Shown here: positions 31,591-44,300 of the stretch, piece by piece
How positions within the stretch are numbered: the stretch's first letter is position 1
How the letters are laid out: every line of letters starts with the position of its first letter
DNA from: Paraspadella gotoi
Lineage: Eukaryota; Animalia; Chaetognatha
Direction: 5' to 3'
Length of the DNA: 64,000 nt
NCBI GenBank assembly: GCA_051294375.1
Contig: CM119266.1
Location: 10,255,677 to 10,319,676 of the forward strand
Program-made: the position numbers and the translations under genes
Notes under the pieces: generated by a model
Told to the model about the DNA's origin: nothing
Databases searched by the model: none
The model's input: only the letters and a program-made list of their open reading frames with translations

Positions 31591-32296
31591 GTTAGAGCCA
31601 GCTAAAAAAGGCGATAAAAAAAAATTCTAAAAAAAAATTTTCATGAATTTGGCAACTCCTGATAGAAAAAAATTAATTTATAAATAAATTTGGTTAAATT
31701 TTATAGCAGCTAGCAGCTTCATTTTCTCCTTGATGAGAAAGGCAAAAAAAATGTTGACAAAAAAATTTAACATTTTATTATTAATTTTACAATTTGTTAT
31801 TTTTCTTTTATTTCGTTGGTACAAATTTAAACAAGAAAAAAAATTGATTTTCACAACGGAAAAAAAAATTCGTTGTTTACAATTTAAATTATATGGTTAG
31901 TGTCATCTATAATTGTAGCCTAAGTTGCCTAACGCAAAAAGCTGTTATTGATATTAATATAATTTTTATTTTCAAAATAATATTCCTCGTCATTATTAAC
32001 TTTAGAATTCTTGATAAGAAACTTTCCCTGTGCCATATCGCTCATTCAAGCCCGCCAATACCTTACCTTCCCGACCCGACCTCCTAAACCGTCGACAGCG
32101 CCTGAACAACCTGAGCTTCCCGACGTCCGAGAAGCACCAGTGCCAATTTCCCTCGTTTCTCGAAATCTTCACGATGTCCGGCGTCCGATTTCTCCCGCGC
32201 GGCGACGCCAACGGCTCCTTTCGGTTCATCATTCCTCCGATCAGCGGGACGCAGTTAGAAAGAAGGCTCATTTTCAGGTACAACGGGAGCGTCGAT

Positions 32297-32335
<39 letters not shown>

Positions 32336-35300
32336 GTCAGTTTTGGCTTTTGGTTGGTTGGACTTTATTTCACTACTGGTGATAGATTTCAACAGGTCAG
32401 TCGTAAAAACCCAAGAATACTATTATTTTGTTTCTTTTAAAATTTGAATAACTGATAACGAATTTGACTAAATATAATTTTCCAGTGAAAAAACTGGATC
32501 TTTATCTTTATCTTTACTCCCAGTTGGGTAACGGAAATCGCAAGAGGAGTTGGTTACGGAAGAATTTGGCTGCCGCAACAGTCCGCTATGATATTTCACT
32601 TTCAATACGTAGTCATGGTATGATTTTGATTATTATTATGCTTATTTAATTATTTATTTATTTATTTCAATTATTGGCTCGTCTATTTATTTATTAATTT
32701 TTATTATCCGCAATCATGTATTCATTTTTTTCCGTCATTCAATTTATTCATAGCCTTAATTTATTCATTAGTAACACACTCCTGTGCAAAAAAAAAAAAG
32801 AAACGCGCCACTTTAGTAGTGTATAGTAATTGTACATATCTCCTTGTATTTGTTTATTGCCATTAAAATATAATCATGTACCCCTACATTCGATTAATTC
32901 ATTCAGATTTCCGGCGCCGTCTACTTCTTCGGAATCTTCCCCGGCCTCATTAACACCTTCGTTCTCGTCCTTCATCACACCAACGGTTTTTACGAAGATA
33001 AAAAGAAAAACTTTCGCCTCTACGTCCAACAGATGGAACCAGGTGAACGAATTCGTTCCTTCATTCTTTCTTTCGTTCGTTTAAATTGAATTTTAAGAAC
33101 TCTCTCTCTTTCTCTCTCTCTTTCTTTCTTTCTCTCTCTCTCACAGATAAGAAGAAGAGATCTGCGGAAATTCGAAGAGTCAACCATCACTTGCGTCATC
33201 TCTGTTGGCTTACTCTCCGCAATTACGTTGACATTGAAGGAGGTGTTCCTTCATTATTTTTACAAATACATATATAATTATTAGTACAATATAGTATTCC
33301 CCGATCTAATACTTAAGGGAGTGGTCTTTTCATACAATTGAAACATTCTTTGAAACATTATACCACTTCATTGATAGGGAAGCCAGGTTCCCTGGGAGTG
33401 AATAAACGAGACTGTGAGAGAGGGACTTGCTATGTCATTATCTTGTAAGAGCGATGGAGGCCTTAAACCACCAAAGCCTGTCCAAAGTCAGGGGCAAGAT
33501 AGCTTATTTATTAAATGAATGGATAATTTTTATATTGGTTGTTCCAATTTCATATATATATATTTATTTTAAATCGTCCCTCGATTACTTTGTCGCTTGC
33601 CCGGGAACATCTCCGGATCCTCAGGATTTTCCCAAGACAACCTCAAAGCCTCCGTGACGCAAGACTGGATCGCCAAGCGGGCCAGCACCCTCGCCAAGGC
33701 CTCGATATTTTTCAAGGGCGACTGTCGATCCACCGGCAGGTCCAAGATGACCCCCGCGGCGCAGCGGTTCGACCCTCGCGTGGTCGGCTTGCTTCACAAA
33801 AAGGTCTTTCTCGAGGGGGAGACGATCTTCGCTGCCGACGGACGCGCCTGCCCGTTCCTCTACTGGGTCACTGTAGGCAAGGTTGTGAAGGCGAGGGGTT
33901 TTTGTTTGTTTTTTTTTGGGGGGGGGGAAGTTTAGCGAGCATCATGAACCTTCTCGGCGTCGATTATAACGTTTATAGCAACCACAGTAACGACTCTAGG
34001 AACAATACTTTATTCAAAAATTATTCTTCACATTCAATCAATAAAAGATGATGAAGGAGCACCGCCGACTTAAAAATAGATTTTTATCAACGATCAGACA
34101 TTTTTCTTCGTGCGCACACACACACACACGCTCCCCCCCCCCCAAAAAAAAACCCCTTCAGGTGCGCCTCAACTTTCCCAACGGCTTCGTCAGCTACTTG
34201 ACCCCTGGTAGCATCTTCGGCGAAACCAATTTCACCGTCTCCTTCGTCCCGCCTTACGTCATCACCGCCGCCAGCGAAGCCACGCTGCTGACGCTTCGAC
34301 GATCCCACGTGGAGAGACTTCCAGGGATCAGAGAGCGGCTGATAAGTATACGGAAAGCAACCCTGGCGCGGCTGCTGGCGGCGGAGCGAGGGGAGGCTGA
34401 AATGAGGAAGGCGGGTGAGAGAATAGCAGAGCCCGTGGGGTAAAGGAGTAGGGAGGCAGCGGGGGGGGGTAATGAGAAGAGGATAAAGATGAGAGGGAGG
34501 AGCGAAAGTTGGGAGAAACCAGAGACAAGACTTAATATTAAACTTAAAGCATTCACAATCACAAACATTCACTTCCTGGAACCCTTTGGTAACGTAGTAT
34601 GTGGCTATGTATATTCTCACCGCCTCACATCCACCATCATTCAGCCAATCCCATTCACTCAGAGGGGGAACGCACCATCCCAAGTGTTGCGTTCCATCCA
34701 CAGTCCTCCCGACTTCCCTCTGTGTTGGCAAAGCGAGACCGATCCTAGGGGAACCCGGCCGTGGCCGAAAGTAACGACTTTTCTCTCTATCTCTCTCCAA
34801 CCAAAGGATCACGCCCCGGTGCCCCGTGGTAAACAATGTTAATCATAGTGTGGTGACAAACGACATACACTTCCAAATCCGCGGTTTAAGCCTCCACATC
34901 AATACTAAAGTTTAGACTGTATAAAATTACAGGGTTCGGAAGCAAAAACCTATAAAAAATTTATCTCCTGAACCGTTTTAAGGATATAAATAAAATTTAT
35001 ATAAAATGCTTTAAGACGCCCTACTTTGAGCTAATAAAAAGTCTGACATCTGTAGAGGATAAGGGTGAAAGGTCTAATGACTCCAAATAAAAATCTTATT
35101 CATTACTAAAATATTGTAACTGATAAGCTGCATTATAGCATGAGGCAGTATATCACTTTTTGAGCTTGGGTTATCATCTTGAGAACTGTTAACCTCTACC
35201 CAAGGGCCAAGGCTTTAAATTACACCGAAGTTTATATCAATTGGCTTCAGCACTTGTTTTATTTATCATAATAAAATTATTCTGTATGGCAACGGGGGGA

Positions 35301-38300
35301 CATGTGTGATGCCCGTGGTGAGGAACATCTCCCGACAGCTTGCGCTCTTGGTTTTGGACCTCCTGTGACCACCCCATGTTACCGGCGTATTTATGCCAAC
35401 ACCATCACACTTTAACCTGCGTGACCGTGAGGGTATTGAACCCGGCACTCACGGTTGGTGAACGAGTACTTAGCTGTCCAATCCAATGGGACGAGCAGAG
35501 TTTTATTAAGCTATACGGGAGGCGAATTTAGGATTCGCCACAACTGACCCATTTTTATATTATCTCTTGTCATTAGCCCAATCTTTGTGACATAACGAAA
35601 ATGTTTGGTATAGTAAGTTAAGTTTGCCCAGTGTCAATAATTTAATTTACTTTAATTTAATCAATGTCAAATCTATATTTGATTGATTTGGGCGAAAGGA
35701 TACTGGCTCACTGTGAACTTATTTTTTACCTTAAGTTAATAATATTTGGGTGAATGATAGCATAAACACTCTCATTTGAGCTCTTTTACGTTTTTATATT
35801 CGGCTAGAAAAAAAGAAGAGGATGGTCACATCGAGGCTGACGCTGACGCCTCGATGTCATCCGGTGGAGAGAGATTCCGTCGTAGATCTTGTGTGGCAGG
35901 GATTCGTCGCCCTCGTCGCTCTCTTCGCCAATGTGCTCTTCTTTGTCGACAACAATCACCCCACCTTCTTTTTCTGTCACGCCTTCTTCAATGTACGTTT
36001 CTAAATTTAAAATTTGTGATTAAAATGTATGTATATTTATTTATTGATACAGTGTGTCCCAATGGTTCTGTCGTTTAACTTTTAAATATTTTGCGGAACT
36101 GTGTTATTAAATATTATTTCTGAGATAACAATGTCAAAGATAAGTTCTTACCATTTATGATACTATATTTCGAATTCATTTTATATCAATTTTTCTTTGC
36201 AGAACACTCAATTTAAATGAGTCCTCATTTCTTACTTTTTTAATTTTTAGATATTTTTTTACTTTAAAATAAATTGTATTAAAAAAATTATGTAAAAAAA
36301 TATTTTAAATATATATAAATTATTTTAATTTTAATTTGTATAAAATAAGTGAATTAATAAAAAGAAATAAACAAATATTTAAAAAAATATAAAAATTTTT
36401 AAAAATTTTTAAAAATATGCTATAATTAATTTGATATTTAAATTTTATTATTTGAAGTTGTGAGCGATTGAATCATTCAGCTAGAACAAAATGGTTGCTA
36501 TTTATTCAATAAATTATTATTAAATCAATTATAAAAAGTAATATGAACAAGTAGATAATTTTAAAAATAAGGATTCCTGCATTGTAAAAGCTCTGGAGCT
36601 AAAAATATGAGGGTAGTTCTTACTGTCCTGTCTAAAGTAGGGTTCCGTTAACCGTTAATTTTTAAGGAAATTCGCTTAAACGTTAAAAGTAACGTTTTTA
36701 ACGGTTAACCGTTAAAATCGGTTAATTTTATAATTCAACTTTAAATTTAAAATACTAATATTTAAAACTAATTAAAGTATTTAATGGTATTTTCTTCCTT
36801 AACTCTGGCTCCTGAATCGTCTTTATCTTCTATTTCAGATGGATGAGGTACACATTATAGTTGATAAATGAGAAAATTGGTTTGAGAAAACTATCTTGAA
36901 TCTACCCATTAGCTAATCAAATAAACCATTATAATAAATCTTTCTTTACTCATAGCATATAAAATATGAAAAAAGACAATGAAATAAAAAGCACAATAAA
37001 ATTCTAATTCTGTATATTTTGTTTCTCTTTCTCCCTTTCTCTTTCTTTCTTTCGCTTTCACTTTTTCTATTTCTCTTCCTCATTATTTTTATAGTTGTTT
37101 AGTTTCTTGAAAGCATGTTTTCTGTTATTAGTCTTTCATAAACCATGACTATAATATAATTATGAATATTGTGTTAAGACTTTCTTTTCGTTGCTTTTTA
37201 TAGATAAAGTAAAAGCAAAGTTTATTTGTTTTACAAACGATGGGTTTTATTAAAAAAACGGACATGTTTCGACTCTCACGCGCTGATGTAGACTTGGAAA
37301 AACTAGAGTCGAAACATGTCCGTTTTTTGAATAAAAACCCGTTGTTTGTAAACAATTAAACTTTGTTTCTCTTAATTATGAATATCAATTTATTAATTGA
37401 ATGTGGAATGATCGATTGATCAAAAGAGTTATTAATTAATAAATATTTTTTTCAATTTTATGAAAGTATATCATCATTGAAAGATAGTTTTAGTTAGCCT
37501 TAATGTCTTTTCAAAGATTTATTCCTTCTATTGTTCATGTTTTAAATGTTTTCTAATAATTTTTTTTTTTAATTTATTCGGTTTTATTTTATTTACTTCT
37601 TTGTTCATTTTAAAAAGGAAAGAAAAAGTGAAAAAAAGTAAAATTATTTAAAGATTATTTATTTTTTTATTAGCAAAATAGAATATTATTGCATGTAAGA
37701 ATTTTATTTGCAAGAAAATATATGCAGATGCATATTATATTTCAAAATATTCTTTGATGTAAATGTATAAAATTAACTGAAAGGAAAAACGAAAACATTT
37801 AGAAGAAAGTAAGTAAAAAATACTGGAAGGTCCGAAAAAAACGATAAGAGATTAGGATAGAAAAAAGTTTAAAAGGTTTGAAAATAACAAAGGAAAAAAA
37901 AGGGAAAAAATGTAGAAGAGACAAGGGGAAAAATATAGGGAGAAAGGGAGAGGAGAATAAGAGAGGACAGGAAAAAAAACTTTTCTCTTAAAAAATCAAA
38001 GTTTTCCTAACAAAAAATAACAAAAATCGTACTTGAAAATTAACCGAATTTAACCGTTAAAATAAATATATTAACTGTTAACGGTTATCGGAACTTTAGT
38101 CTAAAGAAAAGATTTAAAACATTATTTAATCAATATTATAAAAAATATTTGATAATAAAAAATATATCATTTAAGAAAATTTTTAGAAGTATCTGCTTAC
38201 AGCAGATTCCAGCTCTATAATTCACTTTGTCGGTCTGTCGGTCCGCCCCCCAATCATGTCAGAACATCGAATTATGATAAATTATGCTAAAAAAATATTT

Positions 38301-41300
38301 GTCCGTCTGTCTGTCCGTCCGTCCCACCTTAGCAAAAAAAAAATTACTCGTGATTTGATAGATGGATTGAAATAAAATTTTGTGTGTGGGTACTGGGTAG
38401 GAAAGTATGTGATTGAGCTGGAAATCAAGTTTCGATGTAATCGTCCGAGTGGAAATGAATTAAAATGGAAAAAACAAAAAAAATATATTTCACTATTTGA
38501 ACACCAATTACTCATGAGTGAATGGTGCGATTGACTTCAAATTTAAAATGTCGGTAGGAAAGTGTGTGATTGAGCAGGAAATAAAGTTTTGATGGAATCG
38601 TCCAAGTGGAAATTAGTTGAAATAGAAAAAACAAACAATCTATTTCACTATTTCATTATGCTCTTTTTATTTTTATATTAAATGTAAATTCAAGCTGCAT
38701 TAATTAATTATTAATAAATAAGTAATTAAGTAATTATTAATTATTTGTAATTAATTAATTTGTTATTTTTCTTTCATTTCGTTGGTGTAAAAAGGGGGCC
38801 AGCTCACTTTGAGCTTCTTTCTTTAACTTTCTTCTTCACCTCACAAATTTCACTTTCCTTTCACCCATTAAACTATACAAAACTATCCTTTCATCCATTT
38901 TTAGTCTAAAATATTTTTATCGTTGAACATTTTGCAATGTAAATCCTAAATTATTACCTCTGTGTTGCCTTTTCTCCCTTGACCTTTAATTTTCTTTTCC
39001 CTCCTGTATTCTTCAATCTGACAAAACAAAAACAAAACAAAAATTCGTTGTGAAATTCAGTCTTTTCTATTTTTAATTAATTAATTAATTAATTAATTGT
39101 GTGATCGAGTTTGTTTTTTTGTAATTGAGAGGGGAGACAAAGTGGAAAACGATTTTGACACGAATAAAAAAATNNNNNNNNNNNNNNNNNNNNNNNNNGA
39201 AAATTAATTTATTATTATCGTGATCAGCTGCTTACCGCTAATGATCGTGGCAGATCCGGCATTGCTTGCTCAAAACTTGTTTTTTTACCAAATTACTTTA
39301 TGAAATTGGTAACAACCAATATAAAAATTATCCATTCATTTAATAAATAAGCTATCTTGCCCCTGACTTTGGACAGGCTTTGGTGGTTTAAGGCCTCCAT
39401 CACTCTTACAAGATAATGACATAGCAGGTCCTGCAAGCTTTCAATCAAGACTCTCTCACAGTCTCATTTATTCACTCCGCAGAGTCCTGGCTTCCCTATC
39501 AATGAAGTGGTATAATGATTCAAAGAGAATGTTTCAATTGTATGAAAAACCACTCCTTAAGTATTAGATCGGGAATACTTATTGTACTCCGCACTAGCAT
39601 CAAATACATAAGAGCTGAATTTTATGAAATTGGTACAAACCACAATATAAAAATTATTCATTCATTTAATAAATAAGCTATCTTGCCCCTGACTTTGGAC
39701 AGGCTTTGGTGGTTTAAGGCCTCCATCACTCTTTACAAGATAAATGACATAGCAGGTCCCTGCAAGCTTCAATCAAGACTCTCTCACAGTCTCGTTATAT
39801 TCTCACATCGAGAGTACCTGGCTTCCCTATCAATGTAATAACTACAGGAGTTTGCTTTGTTCAATTTTTTAAATTTAGGTATCCTATAAAATTATCCATA
39901 CTTGTGAGCATATTATATAATTGAATAGTTTTTCGATCTGGTACAGGAGCAGTAAGCTTTCTTACAGAGTCACCATTAGGGAGCACCTGTATCATTAGAA
40001 TTATAAATCTAGAAAATCTTAAATACCTTGTTTTACAATAAACTATTTTTTTTAATAAAATTTTATTTGCAAAATATAAATTTTTTGAAAATTATAATTA
40101 TTATTTATTTCTACACTTTACGTATATTACAAGATATTATATTAAGTTAAGTAGAACTCTGAGATAATACGGAATATTTTGTAAATAAAATTAACCTTCT
40201 TTGATGGTCATGGTGATTGCTGTTGTCTCTGATTTGTGTTACATGTTTTTGTTAGTGTAGTGAAGTATATCGCGTTTTCTCAGATCAAATACAGTTGGGT
40301 CTTCACGCTCTGTCGGTTTAACGTGTTGGTGATGGGGCTGGACTGCGCCGCAGATGCTTCTTCTACTACATCTGTCGGGCCACACTATCGCGGATCCTTG
40401 TGCTGTAGACTTTTCGCGTCTTTTATGCCGAATCTCAAAAGTGAGAACCTGAGAGGTTTTATTGTTGAGCCACGTCAAATATTATTATTATTATTATATT
40501 ATATATATTATGAAAGTGGTACAACCAATATAAAAATTATCTTCATTTAATAAATAAGCTTTGGACAGGATTTGGCTTTGGTGTTATTTTATTATTATTA
40601 TTATATATTATTTTATATTATTATTATTATTCATGGTGACAATTTACAAGCGCCGGTAGAAATACGCTGTCATTTGCAAACCAGTGGTTATTTAATTGAT
40701 TTTAAAAATTTGTTGAGTAGAATATATTAAAGTCATTTATGTGTTCAAAATTTTATATTGATCAGTTAAAGATATGCCTTGGCAATGAGTGAAGAAAGTT
40801 GGCTTGTTAAATCGGGTTTCATTTTCTAACTCACTTTTTAGATTCAATTTTTTTTCTTACTTTCAGTAAGTTTTCTGAAGAAATTTAAAATAAAATAATA
40901 TTAATATTATTATCTTCTGAAAGCCCTTTCAAATCTAAAGAGAATGATATATTTGCAAATACTGTAGTATAAAATTTAACCGGCCCAGCTTTAATTTAAT
41001 TAGGATACTCAAAAACAAGAATTCTTTCCAAAAATCAATAGCTGGAGGGTAAATTTAAGATTTTTATCAAATTGTGATTGGCTATCTTAAATCTCCTTTT
41101 TTCAGTTTTTTTCATGATACTTATATAAATAATAACATTTTATGTTATAATAATTTAATCAGGTCATATTTTTTAAAAAAAGATTTGAAATTTTAGATAA
41201 TTAACTTTTGACTCTTTTAATTGAACCAAGGCTGGGCAGCTTAATTTTTATGTTAGAGCTTTCGTAAGTATATCATTCTCTTCATTTTTTAAGGGCTTTC

Positions 41301-44300
41301 TGAGGATATTAATATTGTTAATATCTTAATAAATACTTTGTTTAAAAAAGTGCTAAAAGTTGAAAAAAAAAAAAATTTAAAAACATGTGAGTTGGAAAAT
41401 GAAACCGATTTTACAAGCCAACTTTCTCCACTCATTGCCAAGGCATATCTTAACTGATCAATATAAATTTTGAACACATAAATGACTTTAATAAGTTCTA
41501 CTCAACTAATTTTTAAAATCAATGAGATAACCACTGGTTTGAAATGACAGCGTATTTCTACCGGCGCTTGTAAAAATTGTCACCATGTATATATGAAAAT
41601 AAACAAAATTTGGAAAGAGTAGCAGAATCTGAGAATTAAAGACAAATTAAGAAAGACAAAGTATTATCTAATGACATCTCAAACGATCTCCCAACCTTTT
41701 AAACCTCCCAGTTATGTGCCAGAGCAACTACTGGATTGACAAGTGGCACCACCGTTTCTCTCATTACATCTTTGCTCAGCTTCTCTACATCGCTTACACC
41801 TCATCGTCATCTGCCACTTTGTCTTTAAGCTCGCCCAGACCTCGGATACGCACAGGGCCGTCTGCCTCGCTTTCTATCGCAAACCTTCTGGCGGGGTTGA
41901 ATATGTCGACGCTGGTAGACAACTTGTACGTCGACTGCGGCCGTGTGGCGCAACTTGACGATAATGTCACGGCTGCCGTCGAGGCCGCTATTGCTTCCTG
42001 CAGAAATTGGGAGAGGACGAAGATTATGATTATAATTATGATTATGATTATGATTATTTGGACTATAACGGGTCCTCGGTGACAGGCCACGGTGATCTTG
42101 AGGAACATTACCATGGAAAATATACTAGGTCCACATTAAATAGCGAGCATCATGTCCTTTCCGACTACATCCCGGCACATGTGCCCATTTGCGAAAGGGT
42201 GAAGGAATTCGCCAAACCTTTCCATCGCCTTTGCCGCAGCTGCACCAAAGAATCAGAACCTACTGACTACCTGTTGGACATGTTCTTTTACTTGAGTGGA
42301 GCCACACAGTTGGTTACACCTCCGTCGTTGAGTACTGGAATGTTGATCACGTCTTTCATATGGATTTTGAACACAGCTTTAGCATCTTTACCTCCTTTTG
42401 TGGGATTATGCTTATGGCCATCAATGGAAGCTCTTTTTATGTTTCACCTGGTAGAGGAACTGAGGCCAATGCAATGGGCAGACAACCACATTACCAGCCT
42501 GCAAAAGATGATTTTGCAGGAGACGAGATGGCGCGCAGAAAAAATAACGCATCAACAATAACTGATGCCTCAGATGCCGAATTAATTGAAACAATGTCTC
42601 AGCAGCTGCACCTCACCTTTGTGGAAAGTCACGGAAAGGACATGCTTTCCAACCAAAAATCTGTTAATGCCATGAGAATCGTGGATCCCGAGTATGAGAC
42701 TATGCCAACTGTAAAAATGCTTAAAGTATATATCAACGTTGTGGTTTGTGGACAAGGAAGATCTTATGGGGTTGATGGGGTATGGACATACCCTGACTGT
42801 GGTCCCTGGATTTCATTTATTCTTTAAAGGAGACCTGTTGAGGGATATCATGGTAATAATTGATGGATATGTCGAATATGACTCGATGGATAGAAGGATG
42901 CTTGCTTCGCACAGGTAGATCAATGTATAATTTATGAATTAAGTATATTATTAATGGACATCATACTGAAAAATTCTGAATTTTGAGTTCACGCATATGT
43001 TGTTTCGTCTACTCGAAATCATTTATCAACTAATGAATAATATTTTTATTTATAATTGATTGATTTTAGTTGATATAAGGCATTCTTGGTGGGAAGTAAA
43101 GTGTACTTTCAATATATTGGGCAAGGATATTCATTGCCCGGTAGCTGAGACATTGATAAACGCAAGTAAACTGAGTGGCTGAAAAAATTGCGATTTAGAG
43201 ATGTCCCAAAAGTAGAAAGAGTAAAAAAAGGATAAGGATGTAGGTTCATCTCTCTAATACCATATGGGAAATGAAAATTAGCCTGAAACTTATACCAAAC
43301 TTTTTATACATACATTTCATGTAAAAATTGAAGAAAAACTGAATATCTATAAATCCTGACTTTTTTTATTTGAATGAGCTGTTTAAAAAGTATTTCAATA
43401 TTTATAGGATATATTTTGGGCCAGTATAATATATGTTTCTTAGAAAGTTAATATAATAAGTTATTCAACTAAATTAGGTTGTGAATTTAATTTAATTAGT
43501 TAAATTGTTGTCGCGAAATGTGACATTAAAATAAAAAAGTGGTAATTTTTAGTGAAATAAATATATATATGTTTTATTCGTTTACATCAATTAGTTGAAA
43601 CAGTAAATTCAAAAGGGCATACAGCATTACAAGAAAAAAGAAGGGCTCATAATACTTTATTACTTTATTACTTTGTTTCTAAATAAATTTAAACGATTCA
43701 AAATAAACAATTCAAAGAATTTTTTTAATATCTTTAATGGGATCTGATATGCACAATAGAGTGGAGCACTTCAGAACAAAAATTTGATTTGAGTCAATTA
43801 ACAATAACAATTTTATGCAAGATGGTATGATTATTGAATACAAAAGTATTTTGTTAATCTTGTTTTGGAAACAGAAAAGCAAAATACAATATATTTATAG
43901 TATTATCCTTAGACGAAATAACAATTTTTAAGTTTTTCACAACGAATTTTTATTTGTATAGTAGCAGACATGTTTCGAACGTGTATTTCGTTCTTCATCA
44001 GTGCTTTAACAGTATTATCCTTATGAAATATAAATTTTTTAAAAAATGTTTTGAAATTTTTTTCAAAGATTCTGATTTCTTATAAAAAGTTAGACCAAAA
44101 ATATAAAACATGTTTTTTTGTCTCTCTGTAGTAGAAACTATTAAATGATAAACTTTTTTTGTCGTTTTTGCAGCTTTACATTAAAATATATATAACATAT
44201 TTTAAAAAAGTTTCTTATTTTTTTCTAACGAAATCTGAAACTGTTCTTCAAATTAAAAATTACTATAAATAAAATAGAATTTGCTATACTGTTATGCTAA

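Noticed and set aside
33882-33896. GC-AG donor AAG|gcgagg at 33891
   Set aside because: The upstream GT donor at 33882 gives the better CNBD spacing (GKVRL); a GC donor is not needed.
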